From Eledone cirrhosa (Eukaryota), in contig OZ024745.1 of assembly GCA_964016885.1 (NCBI GenBank), positions 48,794,001 through 48,858,000 on the forward strand: DNA of 64,000 bases, read 5' to 3'. Made by a program: the position numbers and the translations under genes. Shown piece after piece: positions 38,914 through 51,310 of this stretch. Every line of letters starts with the position of its first letter. Positions within the stretch are counted from its first letter, which is position 1. The notes under the pieces were generated by a model. That model made no database searches. It was not told where the DNA came from and saw only the letters and a list, made by a program, of their open reading frames with translations.

Positions 38914-40102
38914 CTGTAAAAAAGTAAGATGCAATAAAGACAATTATAAGTTATCTATAAATCAGACATTAAACAAAACCTAATATAGCATATTCTAAAT
39001 TCAATAAAGACATTGTTATCTTCATCGTCAACATTTTTACATCCACTCTTCTATGCTAGCATAAACTGAATATTTTTTAAGCAGTTTTTTTTAAGACTTA
39101 TACATAAATATATCTTATATCCTTACATTTACAGTCCTATGATGAACCATGCTGTTAGTGCCACTTCTAATTAACTCAAACCACTTATGGTCATATTATA
39201 TGCAAATGAATGTATCCAGCCAATGTTTTATTTGCATCATATGCAAGTGAGCATATCCAGCCGATGTTTCATAAGCAAAGGCTTTAGCCTATTTTTGCCT
39301 CAGTAAATATCACCAATGGCAGATAAAAATCTAGAAACAGCTGCCTGGCCATCCCACAACTATCGAAATAGCTGTGGCATGATCACAGATATTAAAATAT
39401 TCATAACGAGACTCTCATGTTTATTATACATAGCATATATATACTTTCATATACATTGCTATGATTTACAAAAGGTGTACTATAACAATAAAGAATAACA
39501 TTTATCTTGGAATTTATATGGAAAATAAAATGGTCATCATCATTATTAATGTCTGTTTTCCATGTTACTAAAGGTTGGTTAGTGTCATTTTCTCATGGCA
39601 TCAGCAGTATGTAGGTTGTCATGTCTTTGACACAACTGAGTCCTTTCAATACTTTGTTTGAGAAATGTTTTATGGTTGGATATCCTTCCTATCACCAACC
39701 ACTTTACAGAGTGTACTGGGTGCATTTTCTCATACAACTAGCAGTAGGAAAGTTGTCATGTCTTTGATACAACTGAAGAGTCTTTTCAATTCTTTATTTG
39801 GCAAGTTTTTTTTTAATGCTAGATGCTCTTCCCATCACCATTTTACAGCATGTATTGAGTGCACTTTATCACGTCATTATCACTAGAGATGTGTTCATGA
39901 CCTTGAATAAACTGAAGAGCCCTCTCATCCCTCTTTTGGCATGGCTTCTACAGCTGGATGCCCTTCCTAACACCAATCACCTTACAGGGTATACTGGATA
40001 GATGTTTCAGGGCACCAGTACTAGAGATGTTATTGTGTTATACAAAAGAGTCCTTTCTACACTATAAGGAGTAGGATGGATGGATGGTCAGAAAATATAT
40101 AC

Positions 40103-40310
40103 CTGCTTCTTGTTCTTTAGATGTACTCTTGGCATCTCTACTTTGTAAAATTGGTTTTCCATAACATGCTTGAAACTGTTTTTCTGTGCCCAGAAATCCA
40201 GGCATGAGAAAATCAAAAAGAGACCACAAGTCAAGGACATTATTTTGAATGGGTGTTCCTGAGAGAATAAGCCGATGGTTGCAACATAGCTGCTTCACTG
40301 CTTTAGACAA
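40103..40310 (-). CDS. BTAF1: BTAF1 exon (LSKAVKQL...LSGTPIQNNVLDLWSLFDFLMPG...EQEA)
   Basis: ttcag| acceptor, |gtatat donor, 208 bp. Confidence 0.95.
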
Positions 40311-41163
40311 CTGAAAATATAATAAAGAAATTGCTGAGCATCAATATTTTACTGGTATCTTTATTTGTTGTACAAGTCATTTAATGAATAGAGAGGCAGC
40401 AGCATCTCAGCTATGTAAGAAATACTTAAATTTATTTATTTATTTTTTTTTTTTTTTGTCAAGGAGGGAAGGATAGTGTCCATGAGACTTTCTGAGCCGC
40501 CAAGATGGGTGAAAGAGAGGTTAGAAAATATCATTATACTGGTGACCTGGTCCGAATCTGTGCAACAGAGTGGGCTCTGCTAAAGGCACCTAAGAACTAA
40601 GTGGTGGAGTTAAACTAAGCAATGGAGTAAGTTTATCACCCAAGTAAACAACAGTAGGACCCAAGTAAACAACAGTAGGATGTTAATTCAAAACACGAAG
40701 AGCCAAAACAAATACCACAAGGCATCTGATTCAGTGATCTAACAATTTCACTAAAATCACTGTTCTGGACTGGTATTTATTTTATCAACTCAAAGTTAAG
40801 TTCACCTTGGCAGGATTGTAACTCACACCACACAGAGTTGGAACAAATACTGCAAAGCATTTTGTCCATACTCTTGAGCTTTTTAATGGGTCAGTAACTG
40901 ATCAGAAATGAAATAGGATGAGGCCAGGTTTAAGGGATGCAGTATTAGCAAAACTATATGTGTGTATTTAAAATGATTGATCATGAGACATTGAGAAGCT
41001 TAACATTTCTAATATAGTTGAAAGTTTAAGCTACATGCTGTGCATGCGTAAGGGAATTTGTAGTGTTACAAGACAGTTTCTTTGATGTGTAGTGACTGTC
41101 TTATTGCTGAAAAAGGAGACTAGGTTCTATTATATTTCTAATGGAAAAATAAATTAATCTTAC

Positions 41164-41227
41164 CTTGGTTTTACCATTCTTGATCATGTGACCTTCATCA
41201 AGAATGCAGTAATTCCAATGAATTGAT
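41164..41227 (-). CDS. BTAF1: BTAF1 exon with Walker B (SIHWNYCILDEGHMIKNGKTK)
   Basis: tcaag| acceptor, |gtaaga donor, 64 bp. Confidence 0.93.
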
Positions 41228-41466
41228 CTTGAGGAAAAAATTCATAGATATTTATTTTTAATAACGGTTTAAATTACATTTTCTATTGGGAATTTTTGTT
41301 GAATAATAAGAAAAAGTCATTCAATAATTAATGAAGAACAAATTCTTTCCCTCACATTTCTGAGTTCAAATTCTGCCAAGATCAATAATTTTTCAGAATG
41401 GAAAAATGAAAACAATAAGGTCATATGTGGTATATTAGTTGACATAAACAGATGAAGATTAATCTA

Positions 41467-41780
41467 AATAATTGTTTCTACTTTTGGCACAAGGCCAGCA
41501 ATTACCCAGTGTATTACTGGTACTTTATTTTATCGACCCCATAAGGATGAAAGGCAAAGTTAACCTCAGCAGGATTTGAACTCAGAATGGCAAGGGCCGT
41601 AACTCTAGGCATCAAAGCATGGCGTCCGACTCTCTACCGGTACTGCCAATCCACCGCCATCTAAATAATTGTTTCTACTTTTGGCATAAGACCAGCAATT
41701 ATCCCAGTGTATTACTGGTACTTTATTTTATCGACCCCATAAGGATAAAAGGCAAAGTTAACCCGGCGGGATTTTGAATT
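41467..41780 (-). mobile_element. Tandem pair of SINE family N (full copy + 5'-truncated copy)
   Basis: Two reverse-complement cores separated and flanked by atctaaataat-like repeats. Confidence 0.85.
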
Positions 41781-42161
41781 AATCTAAATAATACTAATAG
41801 ATAACAAAGCACCTCAATTTTGTATAAACTATTTGGTAAATCTTGTGAAAGAAAACTGCTTCTAATCATATTTTCCATCAATTTACCTTATTCCTTATCA
41901 TGCAATACTTCTCAACCAAATCATAGTGAAAATCGTAACAATACAGCAACTCCATGGACAAAAGGCTATTTTCAAAGGTAAATACAATGAGGTAATAACG
42001 GTAATTATCAAGAAGTGAAAGGCAAAATAAACCCAAACAAAATTTTAAATTAAACCATATAGCATAAACCCCCTCTAACAGTTTCCACTTGGCTGTGTCA
42101 TCTCTAACAACATAATACAAACAACAATTTCTTCAAAATGATAGAAATATATTTCTCTCAC

Positions 42162-42239
42162 CCAAAGAAGTCTATATCATTTCTGACAATGTCATATGAC
42201 ACTACTACAAGGTTATGTTTCTTCACAAGTTTTTGTAAT
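42162..42239 (-). CDS. BTAF1: BTAF1 exon (LQKLVKKHNLVVVSYDIVRNDIDFF)
   Basis: ttcag| acceptor, |gtgaga donor, 78 bp. Confidence 0.93.
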
Positions 42240-42724
42240 CTGAAAAAAGAAAAAAAAGAAAAAAAAAATATTTTTAATGACTTGCAGTTAACAGAAACAA
42301 CTAAACTCTATAGTTAGTTATTAGCCAGAAATAGTTATACAATTAAAAAAAGAATCAATCTATGGCAAAACCTTGTCATTAAGAAGTTTGCTTTGCAATC
42401 AAATGGTTCCATGGTTTAATACCTTGGACAAGGATCTTCTGTCAACCAGAGCCTTATGAGTGAAATTTGCTATAAGCCCTTTAAATGTCTGTCTGTCTGT
42501 GTCTGCACATGTGTATATGCATTAAGTCTCCTCACAGTCTGGTCCTTTTACACTCAGATGAACTTTGCCTTTCTTCTTTCAGAAGTAGATAAAATAATTA
42601 TAAAATTAAGTACTGGACAGTGACTCTGATTAAATACTGACCTGGACTGTAATGATTCACTCAACCCATGCTAACATAGAAAAATGAATATAAAATAACA
42701 ATGAATAAAAAAAATATTTAGTAC

Positions 42725-42876
42725 CTTACTCTTTCACCAGGTGGTCCAGTATAGTGAAGTGGGTTTAAAAATTTGGAAGTTATGAATTTCTCAATTTCGT
42801 ATATCCAGTGGCCTGTCAGAGTTGTCGGACAAACTACTATTGAAGGTAGTAGAGCACAATCAGGGCTACCAGTTTC
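42725..42876 (-). CDS. BTAF1: BTAF1 exon (…LPSIVVCPTTLTGHW...LHYTGPPGERV)
   Basis: atag| acceptor, phase-2 |gtacta donor, 152 bp. Confidence 0.9.
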
Positions 42877-43453
42877 CTATAGAAAAATTAAAATTAATTA
42901 ATTTTTTTTTTTTTTTAAATCAAACATTAAGTTGCTCTGAAAATCAGATTATCAGCATCATTTTTACGTCCTCATTTCCATGCTGGTATGAGTTGGATAG
43001 GATATTTTGAAACAATGCATTACAGCTAGATGCCTTTCCTGATATCATCCATTTTAGTTGCTTCTTATAACACTCAGCAGTATGGTATATCTACTCTAAA
43101 AACTGGGATGTACAGATATTGAACAATTTTTCTCCCCATCAAAATAGATTCTTCTGCATGATTTTTAAAAACGCAAAGTATATAATTACTGGTTCATGAG
43201 AGTTTTGATCCAAATGGACATAATTTCTCACACAGCTTCACTATTCATAATTTGTATTTAAAAAAAAAAAAAAAAAAAAAATCTCACTGAAGAAGCCTCC
43301 TTTGAGGTGTAACCTCATACTAAAACCAACATATGTGTAAGCCATAACAGCAACATAACAAAATTTCCTTCATAGATTAAGGTGTCAATTACAAATACTA
43401 TGAAAAAAAATGTAAATAATAACAGCAATAATACAATGCACACACATACCCAC

Positions 43454-43591
43454 CTTAAATTGCAAACTTCGTCTGTTATGATCACAGGACAATATACATA
43501 TAGATTGCAATGTTTTTCCAAGACCCATATCATCACATAGAATACCATGTAATTTATATTTGTTCAGAAACCCCAGCCAGTTAACACCATC
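43454..43591 (-). CDS. BTAF1: BTAF1 exon with Walker A ([29 protein letters not shown]...)
   Basis: tccag| acceptor, |gtgggt donor, 138 bp. Confidence 0.95.
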
Positions 43592-44476
43592 CTGGAATTA
43601 TTAAAAAATATAATATTGTAAATATTATGATAAATATTTTGATTATTTGAAAGAAAATTAGCAAAATTAACAAAATTTATCATCACTTTATTTCCACTTT
43701 TCATGCTAGCTTGAGTTGGAGATGTCACAGTTTGAGACCGGATGACTTCGAAAACCTTGTCTCACTCATGGGTTGAATTTTTGGCATGATTTCTACAGTC
43801 AAAAGTCCTTCCTAATGGCAAACACTTTACAGAGTGTACTGGGACTGGGTGCATTTTATCATTGCACAAGTTCTACCTCTTTGCAAAGTGGACTGGGTGC
43901 ATTTAATATTGGTATCAGCACTAGAGGGATAGTTTAATTCATTAAATAGTAAACTAAGTTTGTTGACAATATGTGCACAAGATGAAGCAAAGCAAACATC
44001 TAGAGGACACTAGTATGCATTAAATCTTCTCCTCTCCTCTAACCCCCATCAATACACCTCCCACGTCTTAACATTTCACCCTCCACCAGCTAGGTACCCC
44101 CACCTTAGACCTACTTCTCCAATCCTTGTCCTGCATACATGCAAGATGCAGACGCCTCTGGCTGTTTGGGAAGTCATTAACCCCACTGCACTACTGAGTT
44201 GGTCTATGTAGAACTGTCCATCTCTTGCTAGCAGGGAAAGTTGATGTTAAACGACGATGATGTATGTATATATATATATATGACTGCCAGGCTTAAGAAA
44301 AGAATAGGAGTTCTATGTCATTTAAACACTATATAACTTTATATATCTTTACATAAATAATTAATCATAAAAATGTTTAAATGCTTAATAAATAATTAAT
44401 CATAGAAACTTTAGAATGCTAATATTTACAAAGCATGCTTATATTTATTAAGCATTTGATATTTCTATTTATTCAC

Positions 44477-44629
44477 CTGTTGGTATTTCCGCAGTTGAGC
44501 AGCAATTGGAACAGATATTTCATAATTTTCAATCTTTGAACTATCTAATAACTGTTCTAAAAATTTCCTTTCTCGTTCTTTCTTTTGTACTAAGGAGGTT
44601 TTCATTTTGGGACTATCAGCAAGGCCTGC
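44477..44629 (-). CDS. BTAF1: BTAF1 exon (AGLADSPKM...AQLRKYQQ)
   Basis: ttcag| acceptor, |gtgaat donor, 153 bp. Confidence 0.92.
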
Positions 44630-45148
44630 CTGAAAAATACAAGAAAGTATTCAGGTATATTCACACTTAACATTTTGTACCACATGAAACTACATAAACA
44701 AGACATACTTGAAAATTACAAAACAACACTAAAACTGCATCACATTAGAAATTCATGTCTTTACTCTAATCCTGCAAATTTTCACAGTGATTTGTCCTCT
44801 AGTAAAGATACTATAAGCATTTGAATTATCAAACTTGTTTTTAAATATTTTTTATTGAATCATTACAGGTTAAACTGTAAACTTGTATAAAAATTAACAT
44901 AGTATAGTTAATACAAAGCATTGTGATATATGTAATAAATGACTGATAAGTTTCAAAAATCCAGTACAATGTGACAGAAAGGCAACGGATGACAAATAAA
45001 ACAAAACAAAGTAATGTTTTACAAAGTATATTTCAACATGATATTTCAGGGCTATAATCCTCTTTTCAAATGTGAAGCAGAAACAATTCAAAACAAAAAT
45101 GAACATTACAATATTTTCAAAATAGTGATAAATTAAATAAAAATTTAC

Positions 45149-45297
45149 CTCAAGAGGTAATAAACAAATGAGGGTAGCAAAACAATGAGTAGCCATAAGT
45201 CGAACAGCTTCATTCTGGTCACACATTCGACCCAAAATAGGCACCACAAGTAGTACAATGAAGGGAATAATATCTACTCCAAGACGATCAATAACAT
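45149..45297 (-). CDS. BTAF1: BTAF1 exon (VIDRLGVDIIPFIVLLVVPILGRMCD...LLPLE)
   Basis: U12 acceptor ggaag|, |gtaaat donor, 149 bp. Confidence 0.92.
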
Positions 45298-46586
45298 CTT
45301 CCAGTTAAGAAAACATATACAAATGATATTTTTCAAAATATTATATTCAACAACACTAAATAACACTGAAAACTAAAAGACAATATTACTATCCACATAT
45401 TACATTGTTGTTGGACCTCTGTTGTTTCTGACGATGGTTGTTCTAGTTGTTTAATCAATGGGGATGCCTGCTTATGAAATTAACTTGTATGCTCATACTT
45501 TCAAATTACTGATTTCTAGTGAATAATAAATTGGATCAACCCCTGATTGGGATGTATTTTATTAAGTCTAGAGGGATGGATAAAAAGTAAAGTTAACTTA
45601 AGCAGGAATTGAATTGAGGAAAATATATGCAGAAAACTAAATACAGAGTGGTATTTTGTCCAACACTATTGCTTTTTTCCCTCTGCTGCTGCTCTAGCTA
45701 GAGCAATTGAATTTTACTCCTAAACATAACACTATACACTACTTATTCTAGTAGGCATAACTTTAAAAATATAATAATATAATAATCCACAATTGTTCCA
45801 ACAAAACATCTAAATTTGCAAAAGCCATTTCAGTCACATGAGCAAATAGATGTAAGATAATAGTATAAAAAATCCTTATGTTATTTTTTACTATTACCAA
45901 ATCACTTTATTATCATTTCATTTCATTTCATTTTTACGTCCACTTTTCCCTGCTTGCAAGGGTGGGACAGGAACTGATTCTGGCTTGATTTCTACAGCTG
46001 GATGCCCTTCCTAACACCAACCTCATTTACAGTGAGTGCTGGGTGCTTTTTTGCCGTGGCACCTCCACGACCACTTTACAGTGGAATGATAGGGATCCCA
46101 GTCCCTATCATCTCATTTCTACAGCTGAGTAAACTGGAGCAACATGAAATAAAGTGTCTTGCTCAAGGAAACAACACATCACCCGGTCTGAGAATTGAAC
46201 TCACAACCTTTCGATTGCAAGGCCAATGCTCTAACCACTAAGCCATGTGCCTCCATTATATGTATTACAAATTATTTCCTTAACCCTTTTGCTAGCGTCC
46301 TGCCTGAAACCACCCCTGGTTCTATGATACAAGTCTGTTTATTTTAAAATCTTCATATTTATCTAAAAATCTTCCATCATAATTTTAAGTAAAAATCTTT
46401 GTTATATAAAAACAAAAAAAAAACACAAGCTTAATAATGAGGAATTACTAACGATATTACTAACTCCCTCTAAATACTTTATTTTTAAAATGATTGGAAA
46501 ATCATAGGCAGTATCTTTCATTAAAAATATGGCAATAAAATGGTTTTAAAAATTAACTGGAACTGTCATAAATAATAAAAGGATAC
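45298..46586 (-). other. U12-type (minor spliceosome) GT-AG intron of BTAF1
   Basis: 5' GTATCCTTTT; branch-like TTTCTTAAC immediately before TGGAAG| with no polypyrimidine tract. Confidence 0.85.
45925..46255 (-). mobile_element. tRNA-headed SINE with RTE-type tail (family R), inside the U12 intron
   Basis: Near-identical to 17908-18244. Confidence 0.85.
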
Positions 46587-46788
46587 TGGCTAAAACTTCA
46601 CATGCCCCTTGTCGCTGTGTAAGGTTATCTGAGGCACCAAGGTACGGCAACACAACTTCAATAATATGTGTCATGACAAAAATAGTGTCTAGTTGAGCAA
46701 GAGTACCAACAACCCGACAAGCCAAGTGACGAATACTGGTGTAGCAGTTCTGTAGATAACCACTTAAATGAGGAAGCAATTCTAAGGC
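46587..46788 (-). CDS. BTAF1: BTAF1 exon (ALELLPHL...SIRHLACRVVG...RQGACEVLA)
   Basis: tttag| acceptor; donor |gtatcctttt (U12 type), 202 bp. Confidence 0.92.
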
Positions 46789-48059
46789 CTAAAATGAAAA
46801 TGTTCACAATAATATTAAATTCATCAAGAATGCAGATAATAATTTAAAAAATAATAAAACTTTATAAATAAGGTATCTAATTTTATAAAATCAAACAAAA
46901 AAGATACTGATACCCATCTTTTACCATTCAGTGGGTTTATACACCCTATTGTTATCAGACTATTTGATTTAGTCAAAGTTATAAAGAAATCTAATTCAAT
47001 TTTCTAGAAAAAAAATTAATTGAAAGATCTTAATTTGAAAAATAAAAAGTTACTCAAATATTATACTTGAAAAATGTGATTTTATTTCAATAGATATTTT
47101 ATTTTACAAAACAATGTGAAGCCACCTTTAGTATTAAAAGACTTGTAATATGTTAATTCCTCAGGCAAAACTAAACCAGTTCTACTCATGATGTCTCCAG
47201 TACAAAATACCTAATACAATTGAGTGGTGTGAAATTGAAGAGAATGGATCTTTCTTCATTAAGATCCAGGTTTGGTGGGTGGGGCACACTGTTCAAATGG
47301 AGGACAGCCAAATATTTAAAGTTCTCTTTTACAGGGAGCTAGCTAACAGGCAGCATTCACGAGCATAAGAGGCATAACTACAAAGCATGTGATATTTCCA
47401 CTGACAACTGGTGAAAGGCAAGTGTTTTGAACACTGCCACATTGATTGGCTCCATAAGTGCTGTGCAACTCACTGTGCCAAAGTTCCAGACTCCCACAAA
47501 TAATAAATATATTAAATAAGTATCTGTCCAGGGCAGTGGACTGACCAAAATTTAGACAAGACATCAGACAGTATTTATTCTGACTCTTTGCATTCTGAGT
47601 TCAAATGCTACTGTGGTCTACTTAATCCATCGCCCAATTTAGCACAACCACATGGCCCTTGAGTGCCTTTAGAGGAATCCCACTCTGATGCAAGCACCTA
47701 GGCCAGGTCTCCAGTTTGACTATACCCCTCTCCCATCAGTCTTACAGTCCCTTAAAGGGTAATAATGCCCTTCCTTCGCTGACAAAACAGTAGAAGAAAA
47801 AAAAACATCTGTCCAGTCTGCCAGCATCAATGTTACTTGCAGATAGGCCTGATCCACCAATAGAGATGCTATGACAACCAAACAAATCAATTAGAAAGAG
47901 AAAAGAGATTCATCATATCATGACTAGCTCAGCCTATCAATATGTTAATTTCTTCATCAGGTAATAAAATACATCATTAAATATATTCAATAGAAGTAAA
48001 TTCATATTACTATTGATTTATATCAAACTTATCAAATATAAAGAGTTATAAATTCTTAC

Positions 48060-48163
48060 TTGAGTTAAAAGAGGTTTACTAAGTGCATCAGATACACCTT
48101 CCAAAACTTGTAAACTGTTAATAATTTCTTGTAATTCCGTTTCTGACAGCTCACCTGAATTGG
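48060..48163 (-). CDS. BTAF1: BTAF1 exon (NSGELSETELQEIINSLQVLE...LLTQ)
   Basis: ttctcag| acceptor (in-frame alternative at 48154), |gtaaga donor, 104 bp. Confidence 0.85.
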
Positions 48164-48364
48164 CTGAGAAAACAAAATTGACATGTTTTAGATGTAAAAT
48201 TTTGACTAATGCTAAAGTAATATTCATTCTAAGATATCATCCATAACCTTGGTAGCAGATCTAAAAAGCAATAGTTCGGTAATAAAAAAAAAAACGTTTC
48301 TGTGAAATGTTGATTATATATTGAATATTTGTTTTTTCAATGAAATTTCAAAATAAACAAATTA

Positions 48365-48513
48365 TTGGCTGAGTAGTTAAGCAGTTCGCTTGGCAACCAA
48401 TTCAGTCTGGGTTCAGTCATGCTGTGTGGCACCCTGGCAAGTGTCTTCTGCTATAGCTTCAGGGTGGTGACCAATGCCTTTTGAATAAGAATTGGTTGAC
48501 AGAAACTGCAGAA
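48365..48513 (+). mobile_element. Third SINE family (CORE-like ccctggcaagtgtcttctgctatagc)
   Basis: Related relics at ~12665-12810, 42375-42475 and, reversed, 31225-31350, 36535-36620, 63520-63670. Confidence 0.6.
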
Positions 48514-48514
48514 G

Positions 48515-48888
48515 ATCATCATCATCATCACCATCACCATCATTTTACGTCCGCTCTTCCCTACTCGCAAGGGTGGGACGGGTCTTATTCAGCACAGCAT
48601 CTCTCCACTCGTCACGGTCCTTCGTCATCTCCACCGTGAGCTTCAACGATCTGAGGTCTGTTCTCACCACCTCCGCCCATGTTTTTCGTGGTCTACCTCT
48701 ACCACGTCTTCCTTCAACTGGCATTTTCTGGCACTTCTTCACCCATTGGTCATCCTCCATGCGCATCACATGTCCATACCACCTCAGTTTCCTCTCCCGT
48801 ACACTACATTCTATCCCTCTCAGACACAGTTTCTCTCTCAACACATTCATGCTGGGTCGTTCACACACATTTACACTGCACATCCAAC

Positions 48889-48891
<3 letters not shown>
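48515..48891 (-). mobile_element. RTE-like LINE 3' fragment with (GAT)n tail
   Basis: RKLRWYGHVMRM...EGRRGRGRPRKTW RTE-type C-terminus ending ggacgtaaaatgatg. Confidence 0.88.
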
Positions 48892-48922
<31 letters not shown>

Positions 48923-49524
48923 ATCTTATAATATAGAAATTAGATAATATACTGGTTGCAGCTTGATGCATTCTATCATCCTCATACCAGTAACTGGTGC
49001 AGTTTGGGGGCTATTTTGCCAAGAAGGTTGGGACATAGTTTAGAAGGGATGTGTGATTTAACTCTTTCGTTAGCAGTTTCAGTATGGTGAATGAGGTTGA
49101 ATGTAGGTGTATAGTTTACACTTGCTTCAGTTTATGGTTGGCTTTGTTTTAATCTGAATGTATTTACATTTCAGTTAAAGTAATTGGCAGTCTCAATTAC
49201 ATGTGTAAGTGTGTGTCTGGTTTAGAATACGCACACCATATTTTTCTCTGCACGTCATAAGAAGCAACTAAAAGGGTTGGTGTCAGGAAAAGCAGTCAGC
49301 TGTAAAACACTGCCTCAAAAAGTCCTGTCCATGCCAGCATGGAAAAGTTGACATATGCACCTCTATGCCTACACCTATTACATAGAATAAATTAATTACT
49401 AAATGTTCTAATAATAAGTAACCACACACAATCTTATTACCAAAGTTTAATGCAAATGTATTAATATAAGAAATAAAGAAACAGAATGTAGCTCAGTATA
49501 AATATGTGAAAAACAAAAACATAC

Positions 49525-49666
49525 CTTCTGTAACCTTTTTCTCATTCAAATTCATGGTAATATTAGACCAGAGAGCAGGAACCTCTGTAGGTAGATCATC
49601 TTGAAACAATTGTGCTATAGTACTCAGTGCACAGTTAGATCCCATACGTTGAATTGCTAAACATTT
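49525..49666 (-). CDS. BTAF1: BTAF1 exon (KCLAIQRMGSNCAL...PALWSNI...VTE)
   Basis: tatag| acceptor, |gtatgt donor, 142 bp. Confidence 0.88.
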
Positions 49667-50612
49667 CTATAAGACATAAATTCATTTTGAGATTAATATC
49701 AAATATTTTAAACAATTTATAATAGCTTAATTATTTTTCATGATTTTTTAAATAAAATGTCTCATTTTATAAAAAACCATCTGGTTTTAATTACAAGAAT
49801 AATTATTCTATTAATTTTTATTAAAATTTAGCTACCTCTTATTGTGAAGATGCATGACCAAGAGGTTGGGGTGTTGGGCTCTCGATCATAAAGTTGTGAA
49901 TTCAATTCCCAGATGGAGCAGAGCATTGTGTCGTTAAACAAAGCACTTTATATCATGAAAGTCCTGTCCACTCCGCTAAATTATTGAGTACCAGTGTAGC
50001 AGCTAAGGGTTAAGCATGTTACAAACTGGCTTTAAAATGCTTCTTTTTGTCATCTGATAAGCCTTTAGGCTTGAATAAGACTATTCCCTATTGGTATTTT
50101 AAAATTATGAAAATGTTAATTTATTTTATGTATATTAAATTATATTGTTTTTCTCTTTTTGTACAACATTAAGAGTAAATCAGTTATCAATTCAACTAAA
50201 TTTTCTAGAAATATAACTATATCAGTCAGTAGCAAAAGTAATCTTTATTGAATGATCTTCATTAAAGAATTTGTAAATCCTCATTAATAACCCCTTTGAT
50301 ACCAAACTGCCTGAAACAGCCCTGGATTATGTTATGCATTTAAAAATGTTTATATTTATATTAAAACCTTCTATCAATTTTATTTAAGAAAATTTTGTTA
50401 AGTAATCTTCTAAATATCAACTTACTAATGAAAAAGTTATTTTATTAAATTCTTCCAAAATTTTTATTATTTTTAAAATTAATTGAAACACATAGGCAGT
50501 ATATTTCATTAGAAATATGGCAACAGAATGGTCAAATACACTACTTCCAATAGAAAAATATTCAATATATTTCTTAGTTTTAATTTCATGGACAAGAAAT
50601 AAAAATAAATAC

Positions 50613-50705
50613 CTCATTTAATTCATTTTCATTTGAAAGAACATCAATTTGGGCATTTGAAACAGCTGAAACCTGTTGACAATTCTTGTAGTTCTTCTCT
50701 GGAGT
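50613..50705 (-). CDS. BTAF1: BTAF1 exon, poorly conserved linker (TPEKNYKNCQQ...NELNE)
   Basis: cctttttag| acceptor, |gtattt donor, 93 bp phase 0-0. Confidence 0.75.
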
Positions 50706-51123
50706 CTAAAAAGGACAGAGATTTTATCAAGATATTTAGCATGTTGACAATTTCTGGAGTCTATAAATGACAGAGATTTTATCAGATATTTAGCATGTTG
50801 ACAATTTCTGGAGTCACTAAATGACAGAGATTTTATCAGATATTTAGCATGTTGACAATTTCTGGAGTCTAGAAATGACAGAGATTTTATCAGATATTTA
50901 GCATGTTGACAATTTCTGGAGTCTAGAAATGACAGAAATGTTATCAGATATTTAGCATGTTGACAATTTCTGGAGTCTAGAAATGACAGAAATGTTATCA
51001 GATATTTAGCATGTTGACAATTTCTGGAGTCTAGAAATGACAGAAATGTTATCAGATATTTAGCATGTTGACAATTTCTGGAGTCTAGAAATGACAGAAA
51101 TTTTATCAGATATTTAGCATGTT
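50697..51123. repeat. Minisatellite, 54-bp unit x ~8, overlapping a BTAF1 splice acceptor
   Basis: tttctggagtctagaaatgacagagattttatcagatatttagcatgttgacaa starting at 50751, 50805, 50859, 50913, 50967, 51021, 51075, plus a first copy at ~50697. Confidence 0.95.
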
Positions 51124-51310
51124 CAGCTGAGTTGGGCAGGAGAGGTGTAAGAAAACATATCAGCCATTCATATTATATGTCTATAACAGTAGTTATCTTT
51201 CATATATCAACTGATATCTTTAGTTCTCTGTCACAAAACCTCCTTCCAGCCTGCATCCAACTGGCCAAGCTTCTCTAATTATTACAGGTTCTCTAATTTT
51301 ACCTCTAACA

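Noticed and set aside
50697-51123. CRISPR-like appearance of the 54-bp array
   Set aside because: Head-to-tail units with no variable spacers
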